A DNA stretch of 64,000 bases from Candidatus Latescibacterota bacterium (GCA_965116885.1 OZ220741.1:3168001-3232000); one strand, 5' to 3'. Counted from the first letter of the stretch, positions 35,730-45,991 are shown. Numbers and translations are program-made. Notes: a model not told the origin generated them from the sequence alone.

Positions 35730-37262
35730 ATGACTTCTACTGTTCGCAAATCCATTGTCGCCCTGTTGTTATTGCTTCCATATCCCATTCTCGCAGATGT
35801 TTCTATGCCCGCGATTTTTTCAGATAATATGGTGTTGCAGCAGCAAACTGCAATATCCGTGTGGGGAAATGCCAGTGCGAATGAGGAGATTGCTATTGAG
35901 TTAGATACCCAGCGCGTGACGATCACAGCAGATGCGGGGGGTACGTGGCAGATTCACCTGAATCCTATGGAAGCGGGAGGCCCATATCAGCTCACCGTGC
36001 GCGGCGAGAATGTCGTCACTTTTAACAATGTGATGGTGGGGGAGGTCTGGGTCTGCTCGGGGCAATCCAATATGGCCTGGTTTGTCAGGCGTTCTCAAAA
36101 TGCGGAGGAGGAGATCAAAGCGGCAGATTATCCCAATATCAGGCTTTTTACGGTCAAACGCAGTGCCGCGCAAAGGCCCACGCAAGATGTTGAGGGCACC
36201 TGGAGCGTTTGCGATACGAGTAGTGTCGGCAATTTTTCTGCGGTGGCCTATTATTTTGGACGCCGCCTGCACAAATCTTTGAATGTGCCCATTGGTCTTA
36301 TCAATACATCCTGGGGTGGTACACCGGCTGAGGCCTGGACGTCATTGCCCGCGCTTCAAGTTATACCGGAGTATGCGCCGCTGGGCAAGCGCTGGGCTGA
36401 ATACATCGCCGCTTATCCAGAAGCACGGGAGGAATACCAGGCCAAGCTCGCCGTATGGCAGGCAAATACCGATAGCTTGCGCGCTTTGGGGCAACGCCGT
36501 CCGCGAAGACCGTGGCGAAATCCGAATAGTCCCCATCGCCCGTCTGTGCTCTACAATGGGATGATCGCACCTCTCGTTCCATATCCCATTCGCGGTGCGA
36601 TCTGGTATCAGGGGGAATCAAATGCTGGCCGGGCATATCAATATCGCGCGTTGTTTCCAGCGATGATTCAGGACTGGCGTTCGAGTTGGGGGCAGGGCGC
36701 ATTTCCATTTTTCTTTGTACAGCTTGCCAATTTTAGACCAGTAAAGGAAGATCCCGAGGAGAGTGCCTGGGCTGAATTGCGCGAGGCGCAATTGATGACG
36801 CTTTCATTGCCGAATACAGGTATGGCTGTGGCGATTGATATTGGTGAGGCAGACGATATTCACCCGAAAAATAAACAGGATGTTGGCTTGCGTCTGGCTC
36901 TGGGTGCAGAAGCTATGGTCTATGGTATGGATCAACCGCATTCTGGTCCTATTTATCGGTCTATGGCGGTTGAAGAAGACAAAATTCGCCTGAAATTTGA
37001 TCACGCGTATGATGGCTTAAAAGCAAAGGGCGACATGCTCAAGGGTTTTGCGATTGCCGGTCAAGATCGCAAATTCGTTTGGGCAGAGGCAAAGATTGAT
37101 GGCAACGATGTGCTGGTCTGGAGCAAAGATATTCAGCAACCCGTTGCAGTCAGATACGCATGGGCAGATAATCCAATTTGCAATTTGTACAATGGTGCAG
37201 ATTTGCCGGCATCGCCATTTCGCACGGATGACTGGCGCGGTATCACCGCTGACCGGCAGTAG
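35730..37262 (+). CDS. Sialate O-acetylesterase (SASA domain)
   Basis: FSDNMVLQ, GEVWVCSGQSNM, SAVAYYF, WGGTPAEAW, IWYQGESN, DIHPKNK. Confidence 0.9.
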   Translation: MTSTVRKSIVALLLLLPYPILADVSMPAIFSDNMVLQQQTAISVWGNASANEEIAIELDTQRVTITADAGGTWQIHLNPMEAGGPYQLTVRGENVVTFNNVMVGEVWVCSGQSNMAWFVRRSQNAEEEIKAADYPNIRLFTVKRSAAQRPTQDVEGTWSVCDTSSVGNFSAVAYYFGRRLHKSLNVPIGLINTSWGGTPAEAWTSLPALQVIPEYAPLGKRWAEYIAAYPEAREEYQAKLAVWQANTDSLRALGQRRPRRPWRNPNSPHRPSVLYNGMIAPLVPYPIRGAIWYQGESNAGRAYQYRALFPAMIQDWRSSWGQGAFPFFFVQLANFRPVKEDPEESAWAELREAQLMTLSLPNTGMAVAIDIGEADDIHPKNKQDVGLRLALGAEAMVYGMDQPHSGPIYRSMAVEEDKIRLKFDHAYDGLKAKGDMLKGFAIAGQDRKFVWAEAKIDGNDVLVWSKDIQQPVAVRYAWADNPICNLYNGADLPASPFRTDDWRGITADRQ

Positions 37263-37286
37263 GTTCAACCTCTACAGGAGATTCCA

Positions 37287-38321
37287 ATGTCCGCTATGAA
37301 AGCAGCACTTTACAAAGGTATCCGCGAAATAGAATGGGAAGATGTCGAATACACCCCTCCGGCACCGGGGTATATCACTCTTCAAACGAGAAGTTCTGGT
37401 ATCTGTGGTAGCGATTTGCACAATTATTTTGGCGAGTGGAAACCCTCGCTCGAACGCGCCGCGGGGCACGAGTTGTGTGGCACGGTTGCCGAAGTTGGCG
37501 AAGGCGTTACGGGTATCGAGGTAGGGGATCTCGTTACTGCCGAATGTTTCTCGCATTGCGGTACATGCCACTACTGCGTTACAGGTCGCTACAACCACTG
37601 CGCCAATCGCAAGTGGTTTTCGGGCGAATCTCATGGTGGCTTTGCAGAATACACAACTGCACACAAAAATAGTGTCTTCAAATTGCCCGATATGACTTTT
37701 GAACAGGGTGCGCTTGTAGAACCCCTCGCTGTCGCGCATCGCGCACTCGCGCAGGCAAAAGCGTCTTATCAGGATCGGGTGGCCGTGATCGGTGGGGGAA
37801 CAATTGGTCAACTTTGCCTGGCGGTTGCCAAAGCTATTGGAGTGCGCGAAACGCTTATCACCACCAAATATTCGCAGCAGGCCGACCTCGCACGCGACCT
37901 CGGTGCGGATCACGTCGTCGATATTACGACGACCGATGTGAAGGATGTGGTTAAAGACCTCACCGATGGCATGGGGTATGACGCCGTTATCGAAACTGTG
38001 GGTACCGCGCAGAATTTCGATGATTCCATCGCGATATCGCGCCGCCATGCCATGATCGTTCTCGTGGCCGGTTATTTCAAGCCCCTCGAGGTTGACTTGC
38101 GCTCAATTGTCTGGTCCGAAGTCAATATCACTGGTTCCAATTGCTACGGTTTTAGTGGCATGCGTACTGATTTTGATGTCGCGATTGATCTCATTACTTC
38201 TGGGCGCGTGCAAGCTACGAAACTCGTCACCCATCGCTATCCCTTTGCCGATATCGCCGAAGCTTTTCACACCGCCGCTGATAAAAAATCCGGCTGTGTC
38301 AAAGTTCATCTCGTGAGATAA
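37287..38321 (+). CDS. Zn-dependent alcohol dehydrogenase (sorbitol/threonine DH-like)
   Basis: GICGSDLH, GHE, CGTCHYC..C structural Zn, EPLAV, GGGTIG. Confidence 0.9.
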   Translation: MSAMKAALYKGIREIEWEDVEYTPPAPGYITLQTRSSGICGSDLHNYFGEWKPSLERAAGHELCGTVAEVGEGVTGIEVGDLVTAECFSHCGTCHYCVTGRYNHCANRKWFSGESHGGFAEYTTAHKNSVFKLPDMTFEQGALVEPLAVAHRALAQAKASYQDRVAVIGGGTIGQLCLAVAKAIGVRETLITTKYSQQADLARDLGADHVVDITTTDVKDVVKDLTDGMGYDAVIETVGTAQNFDDSIAISRRHAMIVLVAGYFKPLEVDLRSIVWSEVNITGSNCYGFSGMRTDFDVAIDLITSGRVQATKLVTHRYPFADIAEAFHTAADKKSGCVKVHLVR

Positions 38322-38326
38322 AACCC

Positions 38327-39529
38327 ATGGGCATTCGTCTCGGTATTGTTGGCGTGGGGGCATTTGCACAGGGTTTTATCCCCCTGTTCAATGCACATCC
38401 AGATGTGGATCAGGTCGTGCTGTGCGATCTGGATGCTGAAAAACGCCAGAGTAATGCCGAAAAACACGGGATCGTGCAGACGTCGCCTTCTCTCGATGAT
38501 CTGTGTGATACCGATGTTGATGCTATCGCGCTTTTTACCCAGAACTGGTTGCACGGGCCGCAGGCAGCGCAAGCACTTCGCGCGGGGAAACACGTCTATT
38601 CAGCCGTGCCACCGGGCATGGCACTCGATGAACTTCGCGCTATTGTCGAAGCTGTGCGGGAAACGGGTAATATCTATATGCTCGGTGAAACGAGTTACTA
38701 CTATCCGGCAGTTATCTACTGTCGGCAGCGATTTCGCGAGGGCGCGTTTGGCGATGTTGTGTACGCCGAAGCCGAGTATTATCACGACTGGGATCACGGT
38801 CTGTACGCTGTTGCAAAGTGGCGCGGCGGAGAAAATTGGCGCGAAACCGCTGGTGTGCCGCCCATGTTTTATCCCACCCATTCGACGAGTCAGATTCTCT
38901 CTATCACGAGCGCGCGTATGACCCATGTTTCATGCCAGGGCTTTACAGATCGCCACGAAGATGGAATCTACGCATCAAATAAGTGGCATAATCCGTTCAG
39001 CAATGAATCTGCGCTGTTCAAGCTGTCCGATGGCAGCACCGCGCGCATCAATGAATTTCGACGTGTTGGTCATCCGGGGGCGGTGCGTATGACGATGTTT
39101 GGCACACAGGGCAGCTTTGAACACAATGCCTCGGGTGCGGTCTGGCTCACAAAAGATCGGTCTGAACGCGAATCTCTCGACGCGCAACTCACCTGCCGAG
39201 TAGCGGCAAGGCGCGTTGAGGGCGATATGGATAAGGTTACCGCAGACGATGGGACGCATCACTCTGTCGCGCCCATTCATCCGGCTCACCGTTTGCCCGA
39301 TGCATTTAGAGGTTTGTCCAATGGTCACAATGGGTCACATCAGTTTCTGGTTGACGATTTTGTTCGCGCCTGTGTCTCGGGCAAGACGCCGCCGAACAAT
39401 ATTTACGAAGCTGCGCGCTATATGATCCCCGGCCTCATTGCCCACGAATCGGCCCTCAAGGACGGTGAATTGCTCGAGATTCCCGATTTGGGCGATCCGC
39501 CCACAGATAATCGTCTGGAACTCGATTGA
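38327..39529 (+). CDS. Gfo/Idh/MocA family oxidoreductase
   Basis: GIVGVGAF, HVYSAVP, EAEYYHD, YPTHS, NGHNGSH. Confidence 0.85.
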   Translation: MGIRLGIVGVGAFAQGFIPLFNAHPDVDQVVLCDLDAEKRQSNAEKHGIVQTSPSLDDLCDTDVDAIALFTQNWLHGPQAAQALRAGKHVYSAVPPGMALDELRAIVEAVRETGNIYMLGETSYYYPAVIYCRQRFREGAFGDVVYAEAEYYHDWDHGLYAVAKWRGGENWRETAGVPPMFYPTHSTSQILSITSARMTHVSCQGFTDRHEDGIYASNKWHNPFSNESALFKLSDGSTARINEFRRVGHPGAVRMTMFGTQGSFEHNASGAVWLTKDRSERESLDAQLTCRVAARRVEGDMDKVTADDGTHHSVAPIHPAHRLPDAFRGLSNGHNGSHQFLVDDFVRACVSGKTPPNNIYEAARYMIPGLIAHESALKDGELLEIPDLGDPPTDNRLELD

Positions 39530-39575
39530 TCAGTTGTGGGGAGAGTAGAATTCATCCATAAACAGGGAGTTGGCC

Positions 39576-40313
39576 ATGTCTTATTTTTCTAATGAAGAAA
39601 AAGCCTTTTTTAAAAAAAATGGCTATGTTGTCAAACCCGACCTGATTGCTCCAGAGCTACTCAAAAATGCGCGGGATGCCGTGTGGGAATATATCGAGGC
39701 GGATCGCGATGATCCTCAGACATGGATCAATGCGGGGCCAAAAGGCAATCTGCCGTGTAGCGACCATCCCGCAGTCGCGGCTATGAGGACAGACACACCG
39801 CTTTACGACATGGCCGAAGAACTCGCGGGTAAGGGACGTCTTCGCCCGCCTGGCAATGGGCTATGTAAGATGATCTATCCTTGTGGTCATACAGATTGGC
39901 AGCCTCCGAGAGGGCATCTGGATGGGTATCTTATCGAAGGTGTGGCGGATACTTTCACCGTTGCCGTTACCATTAATATCGGCGATGTTTTACCCCGCGG
40001 CGGTGGTTTTACCACATGGGCGGGGGCACATCTCAAGGTTGCCCGATACTTTCAGGGGCATGCGCTGACTAATTTGAGTGGTCTCAAAGTGCCCGGTTTT
40101 TTACATCCCGATACGCGCTATGAACACGCCGCACCTGCGGGTACGGTTTGCTTTTGGCACCACTATATGTTGCACACGGCCAGTATGAATTGTCGGACAG
40201 ATATCCGCATGGCGATTGTCAATCGCTTTGCTTTCAAGAATCTGAGCGATATCCTGTTCGATCTGCCCTTCGATCTGTGGGATCACTGGGAAGGCTTGCG
40301 CGATATCAACTGA
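39576..40313 (+). CDS. Phytanoyl-CoA dioxygenase (PhyH)-like Fe(II)/2OG oxygenase
   Basis: FFKKNGYVV, HLD, GGGF..W.GAH, AGTVCFWHHYMLH, R. Confidence 0.8.
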   Translation: MSYFSNEEKAFFKKNGYVVKPDLIAPELLKNARDAVWEYIEADRDDPQTWINAGPKGNLPCSDHPAVAAMRTDTPLYDMAEELAGKGRLRPPGNGLCKMIYPCGHTDWQPPRGHLDGYLIEGVADTFTVAVTINIGDVLPRGGGFTTWAGAHLKVARYFQGHALTNLSGLKVPGFLHPDTRYEHAAPAGTVCFWHHYMLHTASMNCRTDIRMAIVNRFAFKNLSDILFDLPFDLWDHWEGLRDIN

Positions 40314-40324
40314 AAGGATGCCGT

Positions 40325-41296
40325 ATGGCACGAATGAAACGACTTGAAAAGCTCGATGGCTTCGCCAATGTGCAGATGGTCGAAGTCGAACGGCCAGAAC
40401 CCGGTCCCGATCAGATGCTGATTGAGGTCAAGCGCAGCTTGATCAGCAGGGGGTCGGAGCTATTTTGGCGATACGTCCGGGAAGAGGCGGTAAGTCCTGA
40501 AATGATGGGGTATTCCGACGCGGGTGAGGTCGTGGGCGTGGGGGCTAATATCCAGGATTTCGCAGTGGGACAGCGCGTCATGGCGAATACCCCGCACGCT
40601 CAGTACGTCATTGCCGGCGAAACGGAAAGATCCCGGCGCGCTTTCCTCCTTCCAGACGAACTCAGCTATGAGACCGCGACCTTTCTCCCACTCGCGACCA
40701 GTTCTGTGATGTGGATGCGCACTTCGCCAATAGAACCCGGGCAGACCGTTGTCGTGCTCGGTCAGGGGATTGTAGGTGCGCTGTGCGCTCAGATCGTCTG
40801 GGAACGCGATCCCGGACGTGTGATCGTCGTCGATGCACAGCCTCTCCGATGCGATATCGCGCGGAAACTGGGGCACGAGAATGTGATCGATGTCTCCCAG
40901 ACCGACTCTGTGGCAGCAGTCAAGGAACTCACAGATGGCAAGGGTGCCGACCTCGTCGTCGAGTGCGTCGGTGGCTACGCTGGCATCCAGTCCTTCGAAC
41001 AAGCTCAGAAGATGCTCGCACCCAGGGGAACGATTCACCTCATCGCGAAGTATCAAGGTGCGCCATTGCCCCTGGTAGGGGACGCGTTCATGAACAAGCA
41101 GATCATCGCGGGCATCCGCATCGACACACCGAGAGAGGCGTGTATGCAGGATGCAGCCCAGATGCTAATCGACGGACGGGTCAAAGTCGCCGAACTGATT
41201 ACCCACAGACTCCCCTGGGAACAAACTCCGGATGCGTATCACCTGCTCTATCACAAGCCGGACGAAGCACTCGGCGTTATTCTGGAGTGGGATTGA
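40325..41296 (+). CDS. MDR-family dehydrogenase (BchC-like subgroup)
   Basis: SLISRGSE, MGYSDAG, PHA, GQGIVG, LITHR. Confidence 0.8.
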   Translation: MARMKRLEKLDGFANVQMVEVERPEPGPDQMLIEVKRSLISRGSELFWRYVREEAVSPEMMGYSDAGEVVGVGANIQDFAVGQRVMANTPHAQYVIAGETERSRRAFLLPDELSYETATFLPLATSSVMWMRTSPIEPGQTVVVLGQGIVGALCAQIVWERDPGRVIVVDAQPLRCDIARKLGHENVIDVSQTDSVAAVKELTDGKGADLVVECVGGYAGIQSFEQAQKMLAPRGTIHLIAKYQGAPLPLVGDAFMNKQIIAGIRIDTPREACMQDAAQMLIDGRVKVAELITHRLPWEQTPDAYHLLYHKPDEALGVILEWD

Positions 41297-41323
41297 TCTG
41301 ATTTTGAGCAGGGAGGAGACACT

Positions 41324-42520
41324 ATGAAGAAACTTCGATTGGCTGTTGTGGGGTGCGGTGCTTATGAAAGTTCCCGCGCCCGCGGATATATCGCGACGAT
41401 GGTCAAGCTGACCGATCTCTACGATTTGTGCGCGATCTGCGATCATAGCGAGCAGTCGTTACAGGTTGTTGGCGAGCGTTTTGGCGTTGATGCGCGATAT
41501 ACCGATTTTGAATCTATGCTCGATCGGGAAAAGCCAGATGTGGTTTTTATTCTCGTTCCCACAGATGGACAGGCGGTTATGGCTTTGACGGCTATTGAGC
41601 GCGGTTGTCATATTATCACGGAGATTCCGTATGCCCACACGCTGGCAATTGGCGATGCAATTGATCGGGCGTGCCGGGATAGAGGGGTTGTTTGGGAGGT
41701 CGCTGAAAATGTCTGGCTCTGGCCCCAGGAACAATTAAAACAAAAGATCGTTAGAGAAGGGTTGCTTGGGAAACTGACGCATGCGCGTCTGTGGTACACC
41801 TCTGGTAGCTATCACGGGATCAACGGGGTCAGGATGATTCTCGACAAGGCCGCGACCCGTGCCCTGGGCTATGCACAATCGGTAGAGGTGTTGCCATATA
41901 GCAATTATGGCGGGGTGGAGGAAACGAGCCGATGGTGGGAGAGTGCTGTTGTCGAGTTTGAAGATGATGTGGTCTGTCTATACGAAATGTCGCCTGCCGG
42001 TGCGCGTGGCAATTTCTGGGATGTCGAAGGGGTGGAAGGGCATCTTTCGGGCCATGAGTTGGTGCTTTATGGCGGCGGTGAACGCGCATCTTATCCGATT
42101 CGGGAGGTGTTTGAGGAGATTGACGGCGAGCAGGTTCTCTCGGCCGTTCGCGTGGATACCGATCCACCGGTTGTCTGGGAGAATCCATTCAAGTACCAGA
42201 AGGTTTCCCATACGGACGATGTGGCTAAAGCCGCGATTCTCGATAGCCTTCACAGGGCAGTGACAGAGGGAGCAGAACCGCAGTACAGTCCCGCAAATGC
42301 ACGCAGGGATCTGGAGATCTGGATTGCGATTCGCGAGAGTGCGAATAGGGGGAGTGTCTGGATCGACCTTCCGCTGACAGAAGAGACGGATCTCGAGCGA
42401 CGATTTGAAGCCGAATTTGTTCGGCAGTACGGCGGTCATCCCATTACAGATCGCAAGCGTCTGCTGAATGCGCCTTTCCAGCGTCTCAGTCCACTGTGGA
42501 CCGTGGCCGGTTGGTTGTGA
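41324..42520 (+). CDS. Gfo/Idh/MocA family oxidoreductase
   Basis: LAVVGCG, KPDVV, HIITEIP, EVAEN, YHG. Confidence 0.8.
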   Translation: MKKLRLAVVGCGAYESSRARGYIATMVKLTDLYDLCAICDHSEQSLQVVGERFGVDARYTDFESMLDREKPDVVFILVPTDGQAVMALTAIERGCHIITEIPYAHTLAIGDAIDRACRDRGVVWEVAENVWLWPQEQLKQKIVREGLLGKLTHARLWYTSGSYHGINGVRMILDKAATRALGYAQSVEVLPYSNYGGVEETSRWWESAVVEFEDDVVCLYEMSPAGARGNFWDVEGVEGHLSGHELVLYGGGERASYPIREVFEEIDGEQVLSAVRVDTDPPVVWENPFKYQKVSHTDDVAKAAILDSLHRAVTEGAEPQYSPANARRDLEIWIAIRESANRGSVWIDLPLTEETDLERRFEAEFVRQYGGHPITDRKRLLNAPFQRLSPLWTVAGWL

Positions 42521-42545
42521 TGCAAATTACTCAGATCGGAGAGAT

Positions 42546-43214
42546 ATGATGCGTTTTTTAGTGGCATTTTTGTCGATGATTATTGTTTCAGTTCAAACCG
42601 TGCAGGCGCAACCGGCGGATGTCAAAAGTCATGTTACGGCGCTTAAAGGCAAGACGTTCTGGATTAAGATTGATTTTGTAGAGGTAAATGACGGGATTCG
42701 AGGTATTGATGCGGCAAATGTTTTTGAGAATGGGGAAGTTTCATACCGCGCCACAATAGGCGGTTTTCGCCAGTCTCAATCTCAGTCTGCAGAGGATTTT
42801 GCCGAAGAAGCTCGGAATATCATTATAAGAGATGAGCTTGCAGGGTGGAGTGTGCGGGTGATCCAACGAGGTGCGAAAGTTCAAATCCGAAAAGCCGAGG
42901 CAAGGGAGAAAGAAGTTTATATTGAACTCGACAGACTGTCAGGTGCTCGCCATGCCGTTCGGCTCAAGGTCAATAGAGATAAATACACGATTCCCGAAGT
43001 TGAACGTCTTTTCAATGTCGCTTTTGCTACAAGCGAAGCGGAGTTAGAAGGTGCAGAGGAGACCGTTTTGCTCAAAATGAATATGTCTATTGAAGAAGTG
43101 ATCGCCCTGAAAGGCAAACCCAAAACGCGCGTTGACCTCGGCTCCAAAATCGTTCTCACTTACGACGACTTGAAGTTGATATTCAAAGATGGGAAGTTGG
43201 TTGATGCGGAGTAA
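42546..43214 (+). CDS. Exported hypothetical protein, C-terminal BamE/BLIP-like motif
   Basis: Signal peptide (VQA); C-terminus MSIEEVIALKGKP...LIFKDGKLVD. Confidence 0.6.
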   Translation: MMRFLVAFLSMIIVSVQTVQAQPADVKSHVTALKGKTFWIKIDFVEVNDGIRGIDAANVFENGEVSYRATIGGFRQSQSQSAEDFAEEARNIIIRDELAGWSVRVIQRGAKVQIRKAEAREKEVYIELDRLSGARHAVRLKVNRDKYTIPEVERLFNVAFATSEAELEGAEETVLLKMNMSIEEVIALKGKPKTRVDLGSKIVLTYDDLKLIFKDGKLVDAE

Positions 43215-43636
43215 AGCATATAATGAAGGAGCTTATAGAAATTAATATTTCTAAACCACCATCTCCTACGAATCACTCGCAACTCGTCCAGCTATGCTAT
43301 CCCGTACAGTCCCTCCAGATCCCCACCCTATACCCAATGTCCTTGATGTCTTCGGATCCAGAGACAATGTGATTCGAGAGCACTTTCAGCGCGTTCTCAG
43401 TCTCTCTGCGCCAGCGATTCGGAAGTCAAAACCGCGGGAACGTCTACTCTTCACATTGCCGGTCGAAACCGGGCTTTGGATGCGAGATTCACCAGCTAAT
43501 GTGGGGCTTGTATTTTGTGGCTGTTTACGGCTCTCTTTATTTAATAGTCATCTATGACAAAAATTTATAGGCGCGATATTGCCCTGTGTGCTCAGTTTCC
43601 TTATATTGATTTGGTCTATAACAAAGTTGAAGCCCT

Positions 43637-43777
43637 GTGACTATCACGATTCATACGATAGAAGACCTCATTTGTATTCGGGGCGATAATTCTGAGTGGC
43701 CTGATGTGCCGCGCCCTATCTCCTCGTGCGAAATGATTGGGAAGCCGCGTGCTATGAACTCGCACTCAAGAAGGTAA
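43637..43777 (+). pseudogene. Short ORF, possibly a decayed N-terminal gene fragment
   Basis: GTG..TAA encodes TITIHTIEDLICIRGDNSEW; recalls the TIEDLxRxLDxNPEW N-termini of coiled-coil hypothetical proteins (from memory). Confidence 0.3.
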
Positions 43778-43796
43778 ATTAGAGAAAGGTTGTGAC

Positions 43797-44024
43797 GTGA
43801 AAAATCAAGAAATTACAATTTGCGTAACGCCAGAGGCTGCTCGCGTTTATCAGTCTGCATCGGTACAAGATCGGCAAAAATTAAATGTTTTGTTAAGTCT
43901 GCAATTGAGTGGTTTGAGAAAAAAGTCACGTCCAATTGAAGATATTATGCGCGAAGCCAGCGAAGAAGCGCGAAAAAATGGTTTGACGCCTGAAATATTG
44001 AAAGAACTGCTTAATGAATCATAA
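43797..44024 (+). CDS. Putative antitoxin partner of the PIN toxin
   Basis: 75 aa ending EARKNGLTPEILKELL; overlaps the PIN gene start. Confidence 0.7.
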   Translation: MKNQEITICVTPEAARVYQSASVQDRQKLNVLLSLQLSGLRKKSRPIEDIMREASEEARKNGLTPEILKELLNES

Positions 44025-44436
44025 ATCGCGCTATGTATTCGATACGAATGTCATTGTTAGTGCTCTTCTTTTTGCCCAATCAACATCTGGTCGTTCATTA
44101 AAAATTGCGCTGAATCAAGGTGTGTTACTTCTTTCAGAGGCAGTCGCCGAAGAATTGGAAGAGGTGCTCCGAAGGGATCGTTTTGATCGCTATGTGAAAA
44201 GAGAAACACGCAAAGAATTTCTTCAATCGCTCATTCAAAGCGCAACATTTATTGAAATAATAGCGCACATAGAGATTTGTCGAGACCCCAAAGACGACCA
44301 GTATTTGGAACTGGCAGTCAATGGTAAAGCGGACTGTATTGTCAGCGGGGATGCAGATCTCATTGTTCTAAGTCCTTTTCGAGGAATTGACATATTGCCA
44401 CCTCATGAATTTCTAATGACGCTCGGTTCCAAGTAG
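44014..44436 (+). CDS. PIN family toxin component (TIGR00305-like)
   Basis: VFDTNVIVSA, CRDPKDDQYLELA, IVSGDADL. Confidence 0.9.
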   Translation: MNHKSRYVFDTNVIVSALLFAQSTSGRSLKIALNQGVLLLSEAVAEELEEVLRRDRFDRYVKRETRKEFLQSLIQSATFIEIIAHIEICRDPKDDQYLELAVNGKADCIVSGDADLIVLSPFRGIDILPPHEFLMTLGSK

Positions 44437-44454
44437 AGTCCCTACCTCACATCT

Positions 44455-44488
44455 CCTGTTTCAACGCTGGCAATATGGGCAGGCGGGC
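44455..44488 (+). pseudogene. Probable hicA C-terminal remnant
   Basis: CCT GTT TCA ACG CTG GCA ATA TGG g CAG GCG GGC = PVSTLAIW/(frameshift)QAG, like the HicA end PxGTLxxIxRQAG, just upstream of hicB. Confidence 0.4.
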
Positions 44489-44515
44489 ACTTCGCTTTGT
44501 GCCGGAGAGAAACCA

Positions 44516-44836
44516 ATGAAGCTAAAATATGCGGTGGTCTATGAACGCACGCCGAACAACTACTCAGCCTATTCGCCTGATTTGCCGGGCTGCATAAGCA
44601 CTGGAGAAACCTGGGAGGAGATTCAGGAAAATATTCGGGAGGCGGTCACCTTTCACATCGAGAGTCTGATGGAATACGGCGACCCGGTTCCCCAACCGCA
44701 GATGTCTATTGAGGAATCAATGGCTTTCCATTGCAAAGCCCTCAAAGAGTACAAGGATCCGATTCCTCAACTGGAGACCACAGTAGGCATAGCCGAGGTT
44801 GAAGTCAAACCATCACAGGCGGCAAGAGCAAGTTAA
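44516..44836 (+). CDS. hicB: HicB family antitoxin
   Basis: YAVVYE..NNYSAYSPDLPGCISTGETWEE...IREAVTFHIESL..GDPVPQP. Confidence 0.85.
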   Translation: MKLKYAVVYERTPNNYSAYSPDLPGCISTGETWEEIQENIREAVTFHIESLMEYGDPVPQPQMSIEESMAFHCKALKEYKDPIPQLETTVGIAEVEVKPSQAARAS

Positions 44837-44933
44837 TATAAACAGACTGGATTCCAGTTAGCGCCGGAGTGACGGCGTGCTATGTGTGCGGCAGGTTCAA
44901 TAAGTACGATGTTTATATCTTTCCTATCTAATC

Positions 44934-45716
44934 CTATACATTTTCCAGCACATCTCTCATCGCTTTTCCCTCTTCGCGGAACCATTGCATTAAGATGCTC
45001 ACGTCGGTTCCCACGCAAAAGTGTTTCACGCCCATGTCCAGATATCGCTTCGCGCCTTTGGCATCTCCGAGTTCTGCCCGGGGCGCGATGCCCATTTTAA
45101 GCGATGTTTCGATCACGTATTTTTCGGCTTCTTGTACTTTTTCCCTATCATAGCCCGTGCTCAGAGAATAATCCCCTGGCCCGAACTGTATCATATCCAG
45201 GCCCGGCACGGAAAGCAGTGCTTCCAGGTTTTCGACGGCTTCCTTCTTTTCGATCATGATCGCAATAACTGAATCGCGACACGACTGAATAAATTCAGCC
45301 CCTCCTGTGTCCATACCAAACCGCACGTACCGGCGCATATTCACCCCGTGATGTCCACCATCCTCTGGCGTGTCGGGTCGCACGGTTTCCACACACGCCT
45401 TCACATCTTCTACTGTGCGCACGTCGGCGAATAAAATATTCTGAATGCCCGCACCTATGGCGCGGTTTGCAATATGTCCACGTGGGTCTTCCTCGACCTT
45501 GATCATTGCCGACATATCGTCGAATAGATCGATAGCCCGACCGATATTGTCCATGGTGTGTAAATCATAAGGGGCGTATTCGGATACGTATTCGATATAA
45601 TCAAACTGTCCCGAATATCCCACCATTTCAAATACCGATGGCCACGGGCTGTGTACGTGGGTTCCCAGGCTGGGTTGATCGGCATTGAGCAGTTCTCTCA
45701 GCTTATTTCGGCGCAT
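44934..45716 (-). CDS. HpcH/HpaI aldolase family protein (divergent active site)
   Basis: LGTH, FDYIEYVSEYAPYD, AIGAG, MIEK, GPGDYS. Confidence 0.8.
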   Translation of the reverse strand: MRRNKLRELLNADQPSLGTHVHSPWPSVFEMVGYSGQFDYIEYVSEYAPYDLHTMDNIGRAIDLFDDMSAMIKVEEDPRGHIANRAIGAGIQNILFADVRTVEDVKACVETVRPDTPEDGGHHGVNMRRYVRFGMDTGGAEFIQSCRDSVIAIMIEKKEAVENLEALLSVPGLDMIQFGPGDYSLSTGYDREKVQEAEKYVIETSLKMGIAPRAELGDAKGAKRYLDMGVKHFCVGTDVSILMQWFREEGKAMRDVLENV

Positions 45717-45829
45717 GGTTCCTCCTTGAAGGTGTTATGATAGGGCGTCTTATTTCCTATGAATACGCAAAAACAGCGAGAAAATCCAGTGAACTTCTCT
45801 GCGCGCATCCAGACCTCGACAATTTTGGG

Positions 45830-45858
45830 TTGCCTCTTGAACAAGATGAAGATATACT
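45830..45858 (+). promoter_or_regulatory. Putative sigma70 promoter of the DUF1800 operon
   Basis: TTGCCT-17 bp-TATACT in an AT-rich divergent intergenic region. Confidence 0.45.
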
Positions 45859-45991
45859 ATTAGTAAGATTTATATAAATTTATTTTTGTGAAAAATATTC
45901 GAGATAAATCATTGAAAAACAGCATTTTGTTATTTCGATTGCTGGGGTATAGAATCACAATTAACGAGGTATTTCAGCAAAGGGGGAAACA

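Noticed and set aside
37272..38048. 258-aa antisense ORF
   Set aside because: Shadow of the Zn-dependent dehydrogenase.
43294..43557. 87-aa ORF
   Set aside because: No RBS or motifs; I could not assign either strand to a family.
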